Shown piece after piece: positions 20,521-29,700 of a stretch of DNA of 64,000 nt (within the stretch, counting starts at the first letter, position 1; the number at the start of each line of letters is the position of its first letter). A program made the translations under genes and the position numbers. Source of the stretch: an uncultured delta proteobacterium (GTDB lineage: Bacteria > Myxococcota > Myxococcia > Myxococcales > Anaeromyxobacteraceae); the NCBI GenBank assembly GCA_963828255.1, contig CAWHDZ010000026.1:32001-96000 (forward strand). The letters are read 5' to 3'. The notes under the pieces were generated by a model. That model was not told the origin of the DNA. It saw only the letters and a program-made list of their open reading frames with translations, and ran no database searches.

Positions 20521-21216
20521 GTGGACTACCTCGTCGTCGCCGTGGTCGCCGGGCTCGCGGCGGTGGAGCGAAAGGGCTTCCTCCAGGCCATGCTCTCCCG
20601 CCCGGTGGCGCTCGCCCCCATCGTCGGGTTCGCCCTCGGCGACCTCCCGGGCGGCCTCCTGCTCGGCCCGCCGCTGGAGCTGCTCTGGCTGGGGGCGGTG
20701 AACATGGGCGCGTCGCTGCCGCCCAACGAGGCCCTCGCCACCACGGCCATCACCGGCGGTGCGGTGCTGGCCGGCGGGGCGCTCGGCACCGGGGTCACCC
20801 CCGCGGTGGCGGTGCTCGCGGTGGCGGCGGCGGGGATGATGGCCACGCTGGGGCGCACCACCGACCGGGCCATCGAGGAGTGGAACGTGCGGCTGGCCGC
20901 CCGGGCCGAGCTCCTGCTCGGGCGCGGGTTCCCCGCCGCCGCGATGCGCGAGAACCTCTACGGGCTGGCCGCGCCCTTCGCCGTGTCGGCGCTGCTCGCC
21001 CCCGCGGCCGCGGCGCTCGTGGCGCTCGTCGTCCCCGCCGTCCTGCGCGGGTTCCCCACCCTGAACGCCCCGCTCGGCTGGGGGTGGGCGGCGCTCCTGG
21101 GGCTGGCCGCCGCCGCCGGCGCGCGGGCCTTCCGCAGCGCGCGGGGCATCGGCCTCTTCGCCGGGGCCGCAGCGGTCACCCTCGCGGTGGGCTGGCTCCT
21201 GGGAGGGACCCGGTGA
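20521..21216 (+). CDS. PTS mannose-family EIIC
   Basis: LSRPV...PIVG..LGD...GL..G..LEL.WLG....GAS.PPN; hydrophobic; operon position. Confidence 0.88.
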   Translation: MDYLVVAVVAGLAAVERKGFLQAMLSRPVALAPIVGFALGDLPGGLLLGPPLELLWLGAVNMGASLPPNEALATTAITGGAVLAGGALGTGVTPAVAVLAVAAAGMMATLGRTTDRAIEEWNVRLAARAELLLGRGFPAAAMRENLYGLAAPFAVSALLAPAAAALVALVVPAVLRGFPTLNAPLGWGWAALLGLAAAAGARAFRSARGIGLFAGAAAVTLAVGWLLGGTR

Positions 21217-21974
21217 GCGTTCCCCCCGTCACCCTCCGTCGCGTCTTCTGGCGCTGCCTGTTCCTCCAGGCAGCCTGGAACCGGCGCGGCATGCAGAACC
21301 TGGGCTTCGCCTACGCCATCGACCCGGCGCTGCGACGTCTCTACGCCGATCCCGCCAAGCGCAACGAGGCGCTGCGGCGTCACCTGGCCACGTTCAACTG
21401 CCACCCCTACACGGCGGCCGCGATCGTCGGCGGGGCCATCCACCACGAGGAGCGGGTCGCGGCGGGCCAGGAGCCGCCCGGCGCGCCGCTCGCCTACAAG
21501 CAGGTGCTGCAGGGTCCGCTGGCCGCGGTGGGCGACGGCTTCTTCTGGTCCGGGCTCCGGCCGTTCTTCGGCGCGCTGGCGGCGGTGGGGACCCTGGCGC
21601 TGGGCTGGCCGGCGCTGGTGGCCGCGCTCGTCCTCTACAACGCGGTCCACCTCTGGCTGCGCTGGACCCTCTTCCGCGCCGGGTACCGCTCCGGCGACGA
21701 GGTGGTGGTGCGGCTCGCCGCGCTCTCGCTTCCCGCATGGGCCTCGCGCCTGCGCGACTGGGGCGCGGTGCTCTGCGGCGTGGCGGCGGGGGCAGGGGCG
21801 CTCTCCGCGGTGGGGCGGATCTCGCCCTGGGCCGGGGTGCTGGCGATCGCCGCGGCGGTGGCGGGCATCGTGGCCCTCGGGCTGCGGGCGCGGCTCCTGC
21901 CCACGGCCTACGCGGTGATGGCGGCGGGTTCGGCGGTGGGAGCGGCGACGCAGGTCTTCCGGGGAGGAAGATAG
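21213..21974 (+). CDS. PTS mannose-family EIID
   Basis: LQAAWN..GMQNLGF, FNCHP and GPLAAVGDGFFW. Confidence 0.92.
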   Translation: MSVPPVTLRRVFWRCLFLQAAWNRRGMQNLGFAYAIDPALRRLYADPAKRNEALRRHLATFNCHPYTAAAIVGGAIHHEERVAAGQEPPGAPLAYKQVLQGPLAAVGDGFFWSGLRPFFGALAAVGTLALGWPALVAALVLYNAVHLWLRWTLFRAGYRSGDEVVVRLAALSLPAWASRLRDWGAVLCGVAAGAGALSAVGRISPWAGVLAIAAAVAGIVALGLRARLLPTAYAVMAAGSAVGAATQVFRGGR

Positions 21975-21977
21975 GAC

Positions 21978-22250
21978 ATGCACCGGATCGAGAGGACCTT
22001 CACCATCGTCAACTCGCTCGGGCTGCACGCGCGCCCCGCCGCGATGATCGTGCAGGCGGCCAACAAGTTCCGCTGCGACATCCAGTTCGAGAAGGACGGC
22101 CTGCAGATCAACGCCAAGAGCATCATGGGCGTGCTCACGCTGGCGGCCGGGAAGGGCTCCTCGGTGGTGGTGGTCTGCGAGGGCGAGGACGCCGAGGCGG
22201 CGCTGGCGACGCTGGCCAAGGTCTTCGAGTCGGGCTTCGGGGAGCGCTGA
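21978..22250 (+). CDS. ptsH: Phosphocarrier HPr
   Basis: GLHARPAA (His15) and NAKSIMGVL (Ser46). Confidence 0.97.
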   Translation: MHRIERTFTIVNSLGLHARPAAMIVQAANKFRCDIQFEKDGLQINAKSIMGVLTLAAGKGSSVVVVCEGEDAEAALATLAKVFESGFGER

Positions 22251-22252
22251 CC

Positions 22253-24025
22253 ATGGCCTCGACCACGCTCCAGGGGCTTCCGGCCTCCCCCGGCATCGCG
22301 GTCGGGCGCTGCTGGACGGTGGACCGGCGCAAGGTCCGCACGCCGCGCCGCAACATCTCCGCCGAGGAGGTGGAGGCCGAGCTGGCCCGCCTGGAGGCGG
22401 CCATCGAGCTCTCGGTACGCCAGCTCGACGGCGTCAAGGCGCGGATGGAGAGCGCCGACGGGACCGAGCACCTGGCCATCCTCGAGGTCCACCGCGCCAT
22501 GCTGCGCGACCCCTCGCTCGTGGACGAGTCGCGCCGGCTGGTTCGCGAGGAGCGGGTCAACGTCGAGTGGGCGGTGAAGCGGACCATCCGCAAGATCAAG
22601 GGAGCCTTCTCCGAGGACGACGAGTTCTTCCGCGAGCGGCGCTCCGACGTCGACTACGTGGGCGAGCGCATCGTGAAGAACCTGCTCGGCCAGGGGGTGG
22701 ACGTCGTCGAGACCCCGCCGCCCGGCTCCATCGTGGTGGCCCGCGACCTCTCCCCCGCCGACACCGCCATCCTCTTCCACGATCGCAAGGTGGCCGGGCT
22801 GGTCACCGACGCCGGCGGCATCACCAGCCACACCGCCATCGTGGCCCGCGCGCTGGAGATCCCGGCCGTGGTCGGCGCCGGGAAGGCCACCACGACCGCC
22901 GAGCGGGGCGACTGGATCGTCGTGGACGGCGGCCGCGGCCTGGTGGTGGTGAACCCCAGCGCCGGGGAGCGGGCCGACTACGAGGCGGCGCGCATCCGCC
23001 AGATGGAGCGCGAGGCCGAGCTGGCCCGCCTGAAGGACCTCCCGGCCGAGACCGTGGACGGGGTCCGGCTCCGCATGCTCGGCAACATCGAGTTCGGCGA
23101 GGAGGTTCCCGGGCTCCTCTCCCATGGTGGCGAGGGGGTCGGGCTCTACCGCACCGAGTTCCTCTTCATGGGGCGCACCGAGCTGCCCACCGAGGAGGAC
23201 CACTACCGCGACTACCGCAACATCCTCGAGGCCATGGGCGGCCGTCCGGTCACCGTGCGCACCTTCGACCTGGGCGGAGACAAGCTCCCCTCGGGCCAGA
23301 GGGACCACTCGGAGAACCCGGCGCTGGGGTTGCGGGCGGTCCGCTACTGCCTGCGCCACCCCGACCTCTTCCACGCCCAGCTGCGCGCCGCGGTGCGCGC
23401 CGCCGCCCACGGGAACTTGAGGCTCATGTTCCCCATGGTGAGCGGCGTGGCCGAGGTGCGCGCCGCCAAGTGGATGCTCACCGAGGCCTTCGAGGAGGTG
23501 GTGGCCCAGGGGCTCGAGGCCCGCATGCCGCCGGTGGGGATCATGGTGGAGCTGCCCGCCGCGGCGGTGGTGGCCGACCGGCTGGCCCAGGAGGTGGACT
23601 TCCTCTCCATCGGCACGAACGACCTGATCCAGTACACCATCGGCGTGGACCGCCAGAACAAGGACGTGGCCTACCTCTACCAGCCGCTCCACCTGGCCGT
23701 GCTGCGCATGCTGCGCTCCATCACCGACGCGGCCCGGGCCGCCGGCAGGCCCGTCTCCATGTGCGGGGAGATGGCCGGCGAGCCGCTCTACACGCTGGTG
23801 CTCCTCGGCCTGGGCCTCGACGAGCTCTCCATGAACGGCCCCTCCATCCCGCTCGTGAAGCGGGTGATCCGCAGCGCCTCGGCGCGCGAGGGGCGAGAGC
23901 TGCTCGACCGCATCCTGGGGCTCAACGCCGCCGACGACATCGAGCGAGAGGTCCGCGCCGAGATGACCCGGCGCTTCCCCGGGCTGCTCGAGGGCGACGC
24001 CGCGGTGGGGCCGGTCAGCGGGTGA
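22253..24025 (+). CDS. ptsI: PTS enzyme I
   Basis: GGITSHTAIVAR, GVGLYRTEF, ENPALGLR, SIGTNDL.QY and MCGEMAG. Confidence 0.98.
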   Translation: MASTTLQGLPASPGIAVGRCWTVDRRKVRTPRRNISAEEVEAELARLEAAIELSVRQLDGVKARMESADGTEHLAILEVHRAMLRDPSLVDESRRLVREERVNVEWAVKRTIRKIKGAFSEDDEFFRERRSDVDYVGERIVKNLLGQGVDVVETPPPGSIVVARDLSPADTAILFHDRKVAGLVTDAGGITSHTAIVARALEIPAVVGAGKATTTAERGDWIVVDGGRGLVVVNPSAGERADYEAARIRQMEREAELARLKDLPAETVDGVRLRMLGNIEFGEEVPGLLSHGGEGVGLYRTEFLFMGRTELPTEEDHYRDYRNILEAMGGRPVTVRTFDLGGDKLPSGQRDHSENPALGLRAVRYCLRHPDLFHAQLRAAVRAAAHGNLRLMFPMVSGVAEVRAAKWMLTEAFEEVVAQGLEARMPPVGIMVELPAAAVVADRLAQEVDFLSIGTNDLIQYTIGVDRQNKDVAYLYQPLHLAVLRMLRSITDAARAAGRPVSMCGEMAGEPLYTLVLLGLGLDELSMNGPSIPLVKRVIRSASAREGRELLDRILGLNAADDIEREVRAEMTRRFPGLLEGDAAVGPVSG

Positions 24026-24057
24026 TCCCCGCCCCATCCTCCGGGTCGCCGGCGTCC

Positions 24058-24087
24058 TTGACACGTCCGTTCCAGCGGACGTAAGAC
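24058..24087 (+). promoter_or_regulatory. Candidate sigma70 promoter for metK with palindromic spacer
   Basis: TTGACA-N18-TAAGAC; the spacer is CGTCCG-N6-CGGACG. Confidence 0.45.
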
Positions 24088-24111
24088 AGCCACCCTTCCC
24101 CCGGGAGAACC

Positions 24112-25269
24112 ATGCAGAAAGACTTCCTCTTCACCTCCGAGTCGGTGACCGAGGGCCATCCGGACAAGATGGCCGACCAGATCTCCGACGCCGTCCTCGA
24201 CGCCGTCCTGGCCCGCGACCCCAAGGGACGGGTGGCCTGCGAGACCCTGCTCAAGACCGGCTACGTCATGATCGCCGGCGAGATCACCACCAAGGCCCAC
24301 GTCGACTACCAGAAGCTGGCCCGCGACACGGTGAAGAGGATTGGATACACGCACAGTGACATGGGCTTCGACGGCCACACCTGCGCGGTGCTGGTCGCGG
24401 TGGACCAGCAGTCGCCCGACATCGGGCAGGGAGTGGACACCGGCGGCGCCGGCGACCAGGGGATGATGTTCGGCTACGCCTGCGACGAGACGCCCGAGCT
24501 CATGCCGGCGCCCATCCAGTACGCCCACCACCTCACCCGCGAGCTCTCCCGCGCGCGCCGCCGCGGCCTCGACTTCCTGCGCCCCGACGGCAAGGCGCAG
24601 GTGAGCGTCGAGTACCGGGACGGCAAGGTGGCGCGCATCGACACGGTGGTGGTCTCCAGCCAGCACTCCGACGCGGTCTCGAACAAGACCCTCCACGCCG
24701 CCGTGCGCGAGGAGGTCATCGCCCGGGCGCTTCCGAAGAAGCTCGTCGACCGCAAGACCCGGATCTTCATCAACCCCACCGGCCGCTTCGTCGTGGGCGG
24801 ACCCATGGGCGACACCGGCGTCACCGGCCGCAAGATCATCGTGGATACCTACGGCGGCATGGGGCGTCACGGCGGCGGGGCGTTCAGCGGCAAGGACCCC
24901 TCCAAGGTCGATCGCTCGGCCGCCTACATGGGGCGCTACATCGCCAAGAACGTGGTGGCGGCCGGCCTGGCCACCCGCTGCGAGGTGCAGGTGGCCTACG
25001 CCATCGGCGTGGCCGAGCCGGTCTCGGTGATGGTGGAGACCTTCGGGACCTCCACCGTCTCCGAGGAGGCGATCGCCGCTGCGGTCCGCGAGGTCTTCGG
25101 CCTCACCCCCGGCGAGATCATCCGGGGCCTCGACCTGCTCCGCCCCATCTACCAGGCCACCGCCGCCTACGGCCACTTCGGCCGCGAGGAGAAGGCCTTC
25201 ACCTGGGAGCGCACCGACAAGAAGGGCGCGCTCCAGGCCGCCGTCGGGCGCAAGGGCAAGCGCAGCTAG
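24112..25269 (+). CDS. metK: S-adenosylmethionine synthetase
   Basis: [19 protein letters not shown] and GGGAFSGKD signatures. Confidence 0.99.
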   Translation: MQKDFLFTSESVTEGHPDKMADQISDAVLDAVLARDPKGRVACETLLKTGYVMIAGEITTKAHVDYQKLARDTVKRIGYTHSDMGFDGHTCAVLVAVDQQSPDIGQGVDTGGAGDQGMMFGYACDETPELMPAPIQYAHHLTRELSRARRRGLDFLRPDGKAQVSVEYRDGKVARIDTVVVSSQHSDAVSNKTLHAAVREEVIARALPKKLVDRKTRIFINPTGRFVVGGPMGDTGVTGRKIIVDTYGGMGRHGGGAFSGKDPSKVDRSAAYMGRYIAKNVVAAGLATRCEVQVAYAIGVAEPVSVMVETFGTSTVSEEAIAAAVREVFGLTPGEIIRGLDLLRPIYQATAAYGHFGREEKAFTWERTDKKGALQAAVGRKGKRS

Positions 25270-25296
25270 CCCGTTCTGGGGATCCGGGGAGCCGGC

Positions 25297-26169
25297 ATGG
25301 GACCTCTCGCCGCCCTCCTCCTCGGGATCGTCCAGGCGATCACCGAGTTCCTTCCGGTCAGCTCCACCGCCCACCTGCTGCTGGTCGGCGAGCTGCTCGG
25401 CGAGAGCCTGGGCGACGACAGGTTCCGGGCCTTCGTCACCATCATCCAGACCGGCACCACGCTGGCGGTGCTGGTCTACTTCCGGCAGGACCTCGGGCGC
25501 ATCACCGCGGCCTTCGTGCGCGGGCTCCGCGAGGGCCGGCCGCTCGGCACCTTCGAGGCGCGCCTGGCCTGGTACATCGCGCTCGGCACGGTCCCGGCGG
25601 CGGTGCTGGGCAAGCTCCTCGAGCGCCCCATCGAGGCGCTCGGCAACGGGGTCATCGCCTTCTCCCTCGTCTTCTGGGGCGTGGTCATGGCGCTCGCGGA
25701 GCGCTTCGCCTCCCACCGGCGCACCATGGAGGACGTCACGGCCCGCTCGGCGCTGGCCATCGGCATCGGCCAGGCGCTGGCGCTCGTGCCCGGGACGTCC
25801 CGTTCGGGGAGCACCATCACCACCGGGATGCTGCTCGGCTTCTCGCGCGAGGCCGCTGCCCGCTTCAGCTTCCTCCTCTCGGTCCCCATCATCCTGGGCG
25901 CCGGTGTCTACAAGCTCGCCAAGGCGCTGCCGGTCCTGCGCGACCAACCCTCCTGGCGCTCCGCCACGCTGATCGGGACGGCGGTCTCGGCGGTGGCGGG
26001 GTACCTGGTCATCGGCTGGCTGCTGCGCTACCTGCGCACGCGCACCACCTACCTGTTCGTGGCCTGGAGGATCGTGCTGGGCGTGCTGGTGGCCGTCCTG
26101 CTCTGGCAGGGCCTCCTCCCGGCCGAGGACGCGCCGGTTCCTCCTCCCCCGGCCGCCCGGATCCGATGA
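25297..26169 (+). CDS. uppP: Undecaprenyl-diphosphate phosphatase
   Basis: [25 protein letters not shown] and AARFSFLL. Confidence 0.96.
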   Translation: MGPLAALLLGIVQAITEFLPVSSTAHLLLVGELLGESLGDDRFRAFVTIIQTGTTLAVLVYFRQDLGRITAAFVRGLREGRPLGTFEARLAWYIALGTVPAAVLGKLLERPIEALGNGVIAFSLVFWGVVMALAERFASHRRTMEDVTARSALAIGIGQALALVPGTSRSGSTITTGMLLGFSREAAARFSFLLSVPIILGAGVYKLAKALPVLRDQPSWRSATLIGTAVSAVAGYLVIGWLLRYLRTRTTYLFVAWRIVLGVLVAVLLWQGLLPAEDAPVPPPPAARIR

Positions 26170-26762
26170 CCATCGAGGCGCTCCGGAGGGCGCTCGCCGG
26201 GCGCCCGTTCACGCTCCTCGACGTCGTCGCGCTCGAGCCGGCCTACCGCCATTCCATCGGAAAGCTCGCCGGGGCGGCAGTGCTGGTGCCGATCTTCACC
26301 CGCGACGGCGAGCCCCACGTCCTCATGACGCGACGGCGCGACGACCTCCGGCTCCACCCCGGCCAGATCTCCTTCCCCGGAGGGCGGATCGATCCGACCG
26401 ACAGGGACGCCCAGGCCGCCGCGCTCCGCGAGGCCGAGGAGGAGATCGGCCTCGCTCCCGCCGACGTGGAGGTGCTGGGAAGGCTCGGCGAGGCGCTGGT
26501 GGTGACGTCCGGGTTCCGCTTGACGCCCTGGGTGGGCCTCGTGCCATATCCGTACCCGTACGTCGCCCAGCCCGACGAGGTGGCCGGGCTGGTCGAGTTC
26601 TCCGTCGCCGACCTCCTCGCGCCGGGAAGTCATCGGGTCGAGGCCCGGGAGGCGTTCGGCATGGCGCACGAGGTCCACACCTTCGACGTCGGCGGGGAGG
26701 TCGTATGGGGCGCCACCGCGTGCATCCTCCACGAGCTCCTCGCCGTCTGGAGATCCGCATGA
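26166..26762 (+). CDS. CoA pyrophosphatase (Nudix)
   Basis: TRR...LRLHPGQISFPGG plus Nudix box AALREAEEEIG; VWGATA. Confidence 0.9.
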   Translation: MTIEALRRALAGRPFTLLDVVALEPAYRHSIGKLAGAAVLVPIFTRDGEPHVLMTRRRDDLRLHPGQISFPGGRIDPTDRDAQAAALREAEEEIGLAPADVEVLGRLGEALVVTSGFRLTPWVGLVPYPYPYVAQPDEVAGLVEFSVADLLAPGSHRVEAREAFGMAHEVHTFDVGGEVVWGATACILHELLAVWRSA

Positions 26763-27847
26763 AGCTCTTTCCCGTGGTGATGGCCGGCGGCAGCGGAACC
26801 CGGTTCTGGCCGCTCAGCCGCAAGAACCGCCCCAAGCAGTTCCTGCCCCTCGACGGCGACGAGCCGATGCTTGCCGCCACGGTCGAAAGGTTGCCCCCGC
26901 TGGCGCGCATCCAGGACACCTTCGTGGTCTGCGGACCGAACCACGCCGCCGCGGCGCGCCGCATCCTGCGCAAGCTCCCCAAGGACAACCTCATCGTCGA
27001 GCCCTGCCCGCGCAACACCGCTCCCTGCATCGGCCTGGCCGCGCTGCACGTCACGCGGCGCGATCCCAAGGGGGTGATGATCATGCTTCCGGCCGACCAC
27101 CACGTGGCCCGCCCCGAGGCCATGCGCGAGGCGCTCGCCGCCGGTGCGCAGCTGGCCTTCGAGGGGGCGGTGGCCACCATCGGCATCCGCCCCGACCGGC
27201 CCGAGACCGGCTACGGCTACCTCAAGGTGGGCGCCCGGCTGAAGGCGGTCGGGCGCGGCAAGAAGGCCTTCCACCCGTCGCGGGTGGAGCGCTTCGTCGA
27301 GAAGCCCGACGTGGTCACGGCCTCGCGCTACCTGGCCGAGGGGGGCTACCTCTGGAACTCGGGCATCTTCCTCTTCCGGGCCGACGTCATCCTCGAGGAG
27401 ATCCGGCGGGCCATGCCGGTGCTCGGCGAGCAGCTGGCGGTCATCGAGAAGGCGCTCGGCACCCCCTCCTACGGCCGCACGCTGGCCCGGGTCTTCCCGG
27501 CCGCCCCCTCCATCTCCATCGACTACGGCGTCATGGAGAAGAGCCAGCGCATCGCGGTGGTCCCGGCCGAGTTCGGCTGGAGCGACGTGGGGAGCTTCGC
27601 GGCCCTCTCGGAGGTGCGCGAGCTCGACGACCTCGGCAACGTGCTGCAGGGCGACGCCATCGTCATCGACGGCCACGACAACGTGGTGCTCGGGCACGGC
27701 AAGCGCCCGATCGCGGTGGTCGGGGTGGACGGGCTGGTCGTGGTCGACGCCGGCGACGCGGTCCTGGTGGTGCGCAAGGAGAAGGCCCAGGACGTGCGCA
27801 AGGCGGTCGAGGAGCTCAAGCGGCGCGGGCGCGGTTCGCTCCTCTAG
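26759..27847 (+). CDS. manC: Mannose-1-phosphate guanylyltransferase (no PMI cupin domain)
   Basis: MAGGSGTRFWPLSR..PKQF, ETGYGY, FVEKP, WNSG and WSDVG. Confidence 0.93.
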   Translation: MKLFPVVMAGGSGTRFWPLSRKNRPKQFLPLDGDEPMLAATVERLPPLARIQDTFVVCGPNHAAAARRILRKLPKDNLIVEPCPRNTAPCIGLAALHVTRRDPKGVMIMLPADHHVARPEAMREALAAGAQLAFEGAVATIGIRPDRPETGYGYLKVGARLKAVGRGKKAFHPSRVERFVEKPDVVTASRYLAEGGYLWNSGIFLFRADVILEEIRRAMPVLGEQLAVIEKALGTPSYGRTLARVFPAAPSISIDYGVMEKSQRIAVVPAEFGWSDVGSFAALSEVRELDDLGNVLQGDAIVIDGHDNVVLGHGKRPIAVVGVDGLVVVDAGDAVLVVRKEKAQDVRKAVEELKRRGRGSLL

Positions 27848-27878
27848 GCGGTCGGCGCCGGGCGCGAAGGGGGACGAC

Positions 27879-29249
27879 ATGGCGGCCATCTCGAAGACGA
27901 TCTTCCGCGAGTACGACATCCGCGGGCTGGTGGACCAGGACCTCACCGAGGACGCGGTGCTCCTCGTGGGGCGCGCGCTCGGCGCCGAGGTGCGCGAGCA
28001 GGGCGGCCGCCGGGTGGTCATGGGGCGCGACTGCCGGGAGAGCGGTCCACGCTTCGCGAGGGCGATGGCGGCGGGGCTGAACGCGGCCGGCGTGGACGTG
28101 ACCGATCTGGGGGTGGTGCCCACGCCGCTCACCTACTTCGCCGCGGCCACCCTTCCGGTGGACGGCCTGGTGATGATCACCGGCTCCCACAACCCGCCCG
28201 AGTACAACGGCCTCAAGGTCGGGGTGGGGAAGAACACGCTCCACGGCGACGGCATCCAGGCGCTCCTCCGGCGCATCACCGCGGACCGCTTCACGAGCGG
28301 GGAGGGCAAGGTCGAGGCCCACGACATCGTCACGCCCTACCTGGCCTACGTCCGCGGCAATCTGAAGCTCGGCCCCCGCAAGCTCAAGGTGGTGGTGGAC
28401 GCCGGGAACGGCACCGGCGGCGTCATCGCCGTGCCGCTCTTCCGCTCGCTGGGCGTCGAGGTGGTGCCGCTCTTCGAGGAGATGGACGGGCGCTTCCCGA
28501 ACCACCACCCGGACCCGACGGTGGAGAAGAACCTCGCGTTCCTCAAGGCCAAGGTGCTCGAGACCGGCGCCGACCTGGGGGTGGCCTACGACGGCGACGC
28601 CGACCGGGTGGGGGCCGTGGACGAGAAGGGAACGGTGCTGTGGGGCGACCAGCTCATGATCCTCTTCTCGCGGGCGGTGCTGGCCGAGAACCCCGGCGCG
28701 GCCATCGTCGGCGAGGTGAAGTGCTCGAAGACCCTCTACGACGACATCGCCGCCCGCGGCGGCCGGGGCATCATGTGGAAGGCCGGCCACAGCCTCATCA
28801 AGGCCAAGATGAAGGAGGAGGGGGCGCTGCTCGCCGGGGAGATGAGCGGGCACATCTTCTTCGCCCACCGCTGGTTCGGCTTCGACGACGGCATCTACTC
28901 GTCGGGCCGGCTGCTCGAGCTGGTCTCGCGCACCGACCGGCCGGTCTCGACGCTCCTCGCCGACGTGCCGAGGACCTTCTCGACGCCGGAGATCCGCTAC
29001 GACTGCCCGGAGGAGATCAAGTTCGAGCTGGTCCGCCTGGCGCAGGAGTGGTTCGCCTCCCGGCACGAGGCGGTGACCATCGACGGGGTCCGCGTGATCT
29101 TTTCCGACGGGTGGGGCCTGGTCCGCGCCTCCAACACCCAGCCGCTCCTCGTCCTCCGCTTCGAGGCCCTGACGGCCGGGAGGCTGGCCGAGATCCAGGC
29201 GCTGGTGACCTCGAAGGTGGATGAGCTGAAACGGCGTCTCGGCGCGTAG
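27879..29249 (+). CDS. Phosphomannomutase/phosphoglucomutase (AlgC-type)
   Basis: IFREYDIRG, TGSHNP, DGDADR, GEMSGH and RASNT. Confidence 0.95.
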   Translation: MAAISKTIFREYDIRGLVDQDLTEDAVLLVGRALGAEVREQGGRRVVMGRDCRESGPRFARAMAAGLNAAGVDVTDLGVVPTPLTYFAAATLPVDGLVMITGSHNPPEYNGLKVGVGKNTLHGDGIQALLRRITADRFTSGEGKVEAHDIVTPYLAYVRGNLKLGPRKLKVVVDAGNGTGGVIAVPLFRSLGVEVVPLFEEMDGRFPNHHPDPTVEKNLAFLKAKVLETGADLGVAYDGDADRVGAVDEKGTVLWGDQLMILFSRAVLAENPGAAIVGEVKCSKTLYDDIAARGGRGIMWKAGHSLIKAKMKEEGALLAGEMSGHIFFAHRWFGFDDGIYSSGRLLELVSRTDRPVSTLLADVPRTFSTPEIRYDCPEEIKFELVRLAQEWFASRHEAVTIDGVRVIFSDGWGLVRASNTQPLLVLRFEALTAGRLAEIQALVTSKVDELKRRLGA

Positions 29250-29451
29250 CGCCGGGACGCAATGCCCGACGAAAGCCAAGCCCAGCAGCTTTTCCATGAC
29301 ATTGACGGCGAGTGAACACGCACTCAAGGTCATCGTTCACGCTTCGAGATTGACCCTCGGACCGATCGTCACGCCGCCTTCCCCGCTCGGCCCGGCACGA
29401 TCCAACCGGGTACATCGCCACCGATCTCCGGCGGTCACCGCAAGAAAATGT

Positions 29452-29467
29452 CGGCCGTATCCTTGCA
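29452..29467 (+). promoter_or_regulatory. Candidate sigma54 (-24/-12) promoter upstream of the Lys/Ala micropeptide
   Basis: cGGCCGTATCCTTGCA: GG-N10-GC spacing with TTGCA, in a 300-nt lower-GC intergenic region. Confidence 0.45.
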
Positions 29468-29547
29468 AGGTCGATCTGCGTTCGCTAATCTGCACTCGTC
29501 TTCGTAGTGCGTCGTTGGTAGTTGACCAACTGTCAGGGAGGTAACAC

Positions 29548-29622
29548 ATGGCTGCCAAGAAGAAGGCTGTGAAGAAGGCTCCGGCGAAGAAGAAGGCTGT
29601 GAAGAAGGCCAAGAAGAAGTAA
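29548..29622 (+). CDS. 24-aa Lys/Ala-rich micropeptide MAAKKKAVKKAPAKKKAVKKAKKK (histone H1-tail-like)
   Basis: GGGAGGT SD just upstream of the ATG; TAA stop; 13 Lys, all AAG; below the ORF-track size cutoff. Confidence 0.8.
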   Translation: MAAKKKAVKKAPAKKKAVKKAKKK

Positions 29623-29634
29623 CGATGCCTTCGT

Positions 29635-29684
29635 GGCGCGAGGAGACTCGCGCCGGGTCTTGCGGCCGCCTCCGGGCGGCCGCA
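29635..29684 (+). other. Tandem perfect hairpins between the micropeptide and rqcH
   Basis: GGCGCGAG-GAGA-CTCGCGCC (GNRA loop) and TGCGGCCGCC-TCCG-GGCGGCCGCA (cUNCGg loop); no clean U-tract. Confidence 0.7.
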
Positions 29685-29700
29685 GCCGTTTCGGGCTCCC

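Noticed and set aside
23788..25947. Long antisense and alternate-frame ORFs (e.g. 719 aa here; also 21908-24064, 47924-50176, 31564-34572, 57000-59474)
   Set aside because: Shadow ORFs of GC3-rich genes; they overlap clearly recognisable genes and carry no motifs
29250..29547. tRNA, tmRNA, 6S RNA or riboswitch in the long intergenic region
   Set aside because: No cloverleaf, T-loop or recognisable aptamer consensus by eye; an Rfam scan would be needed to exclude it
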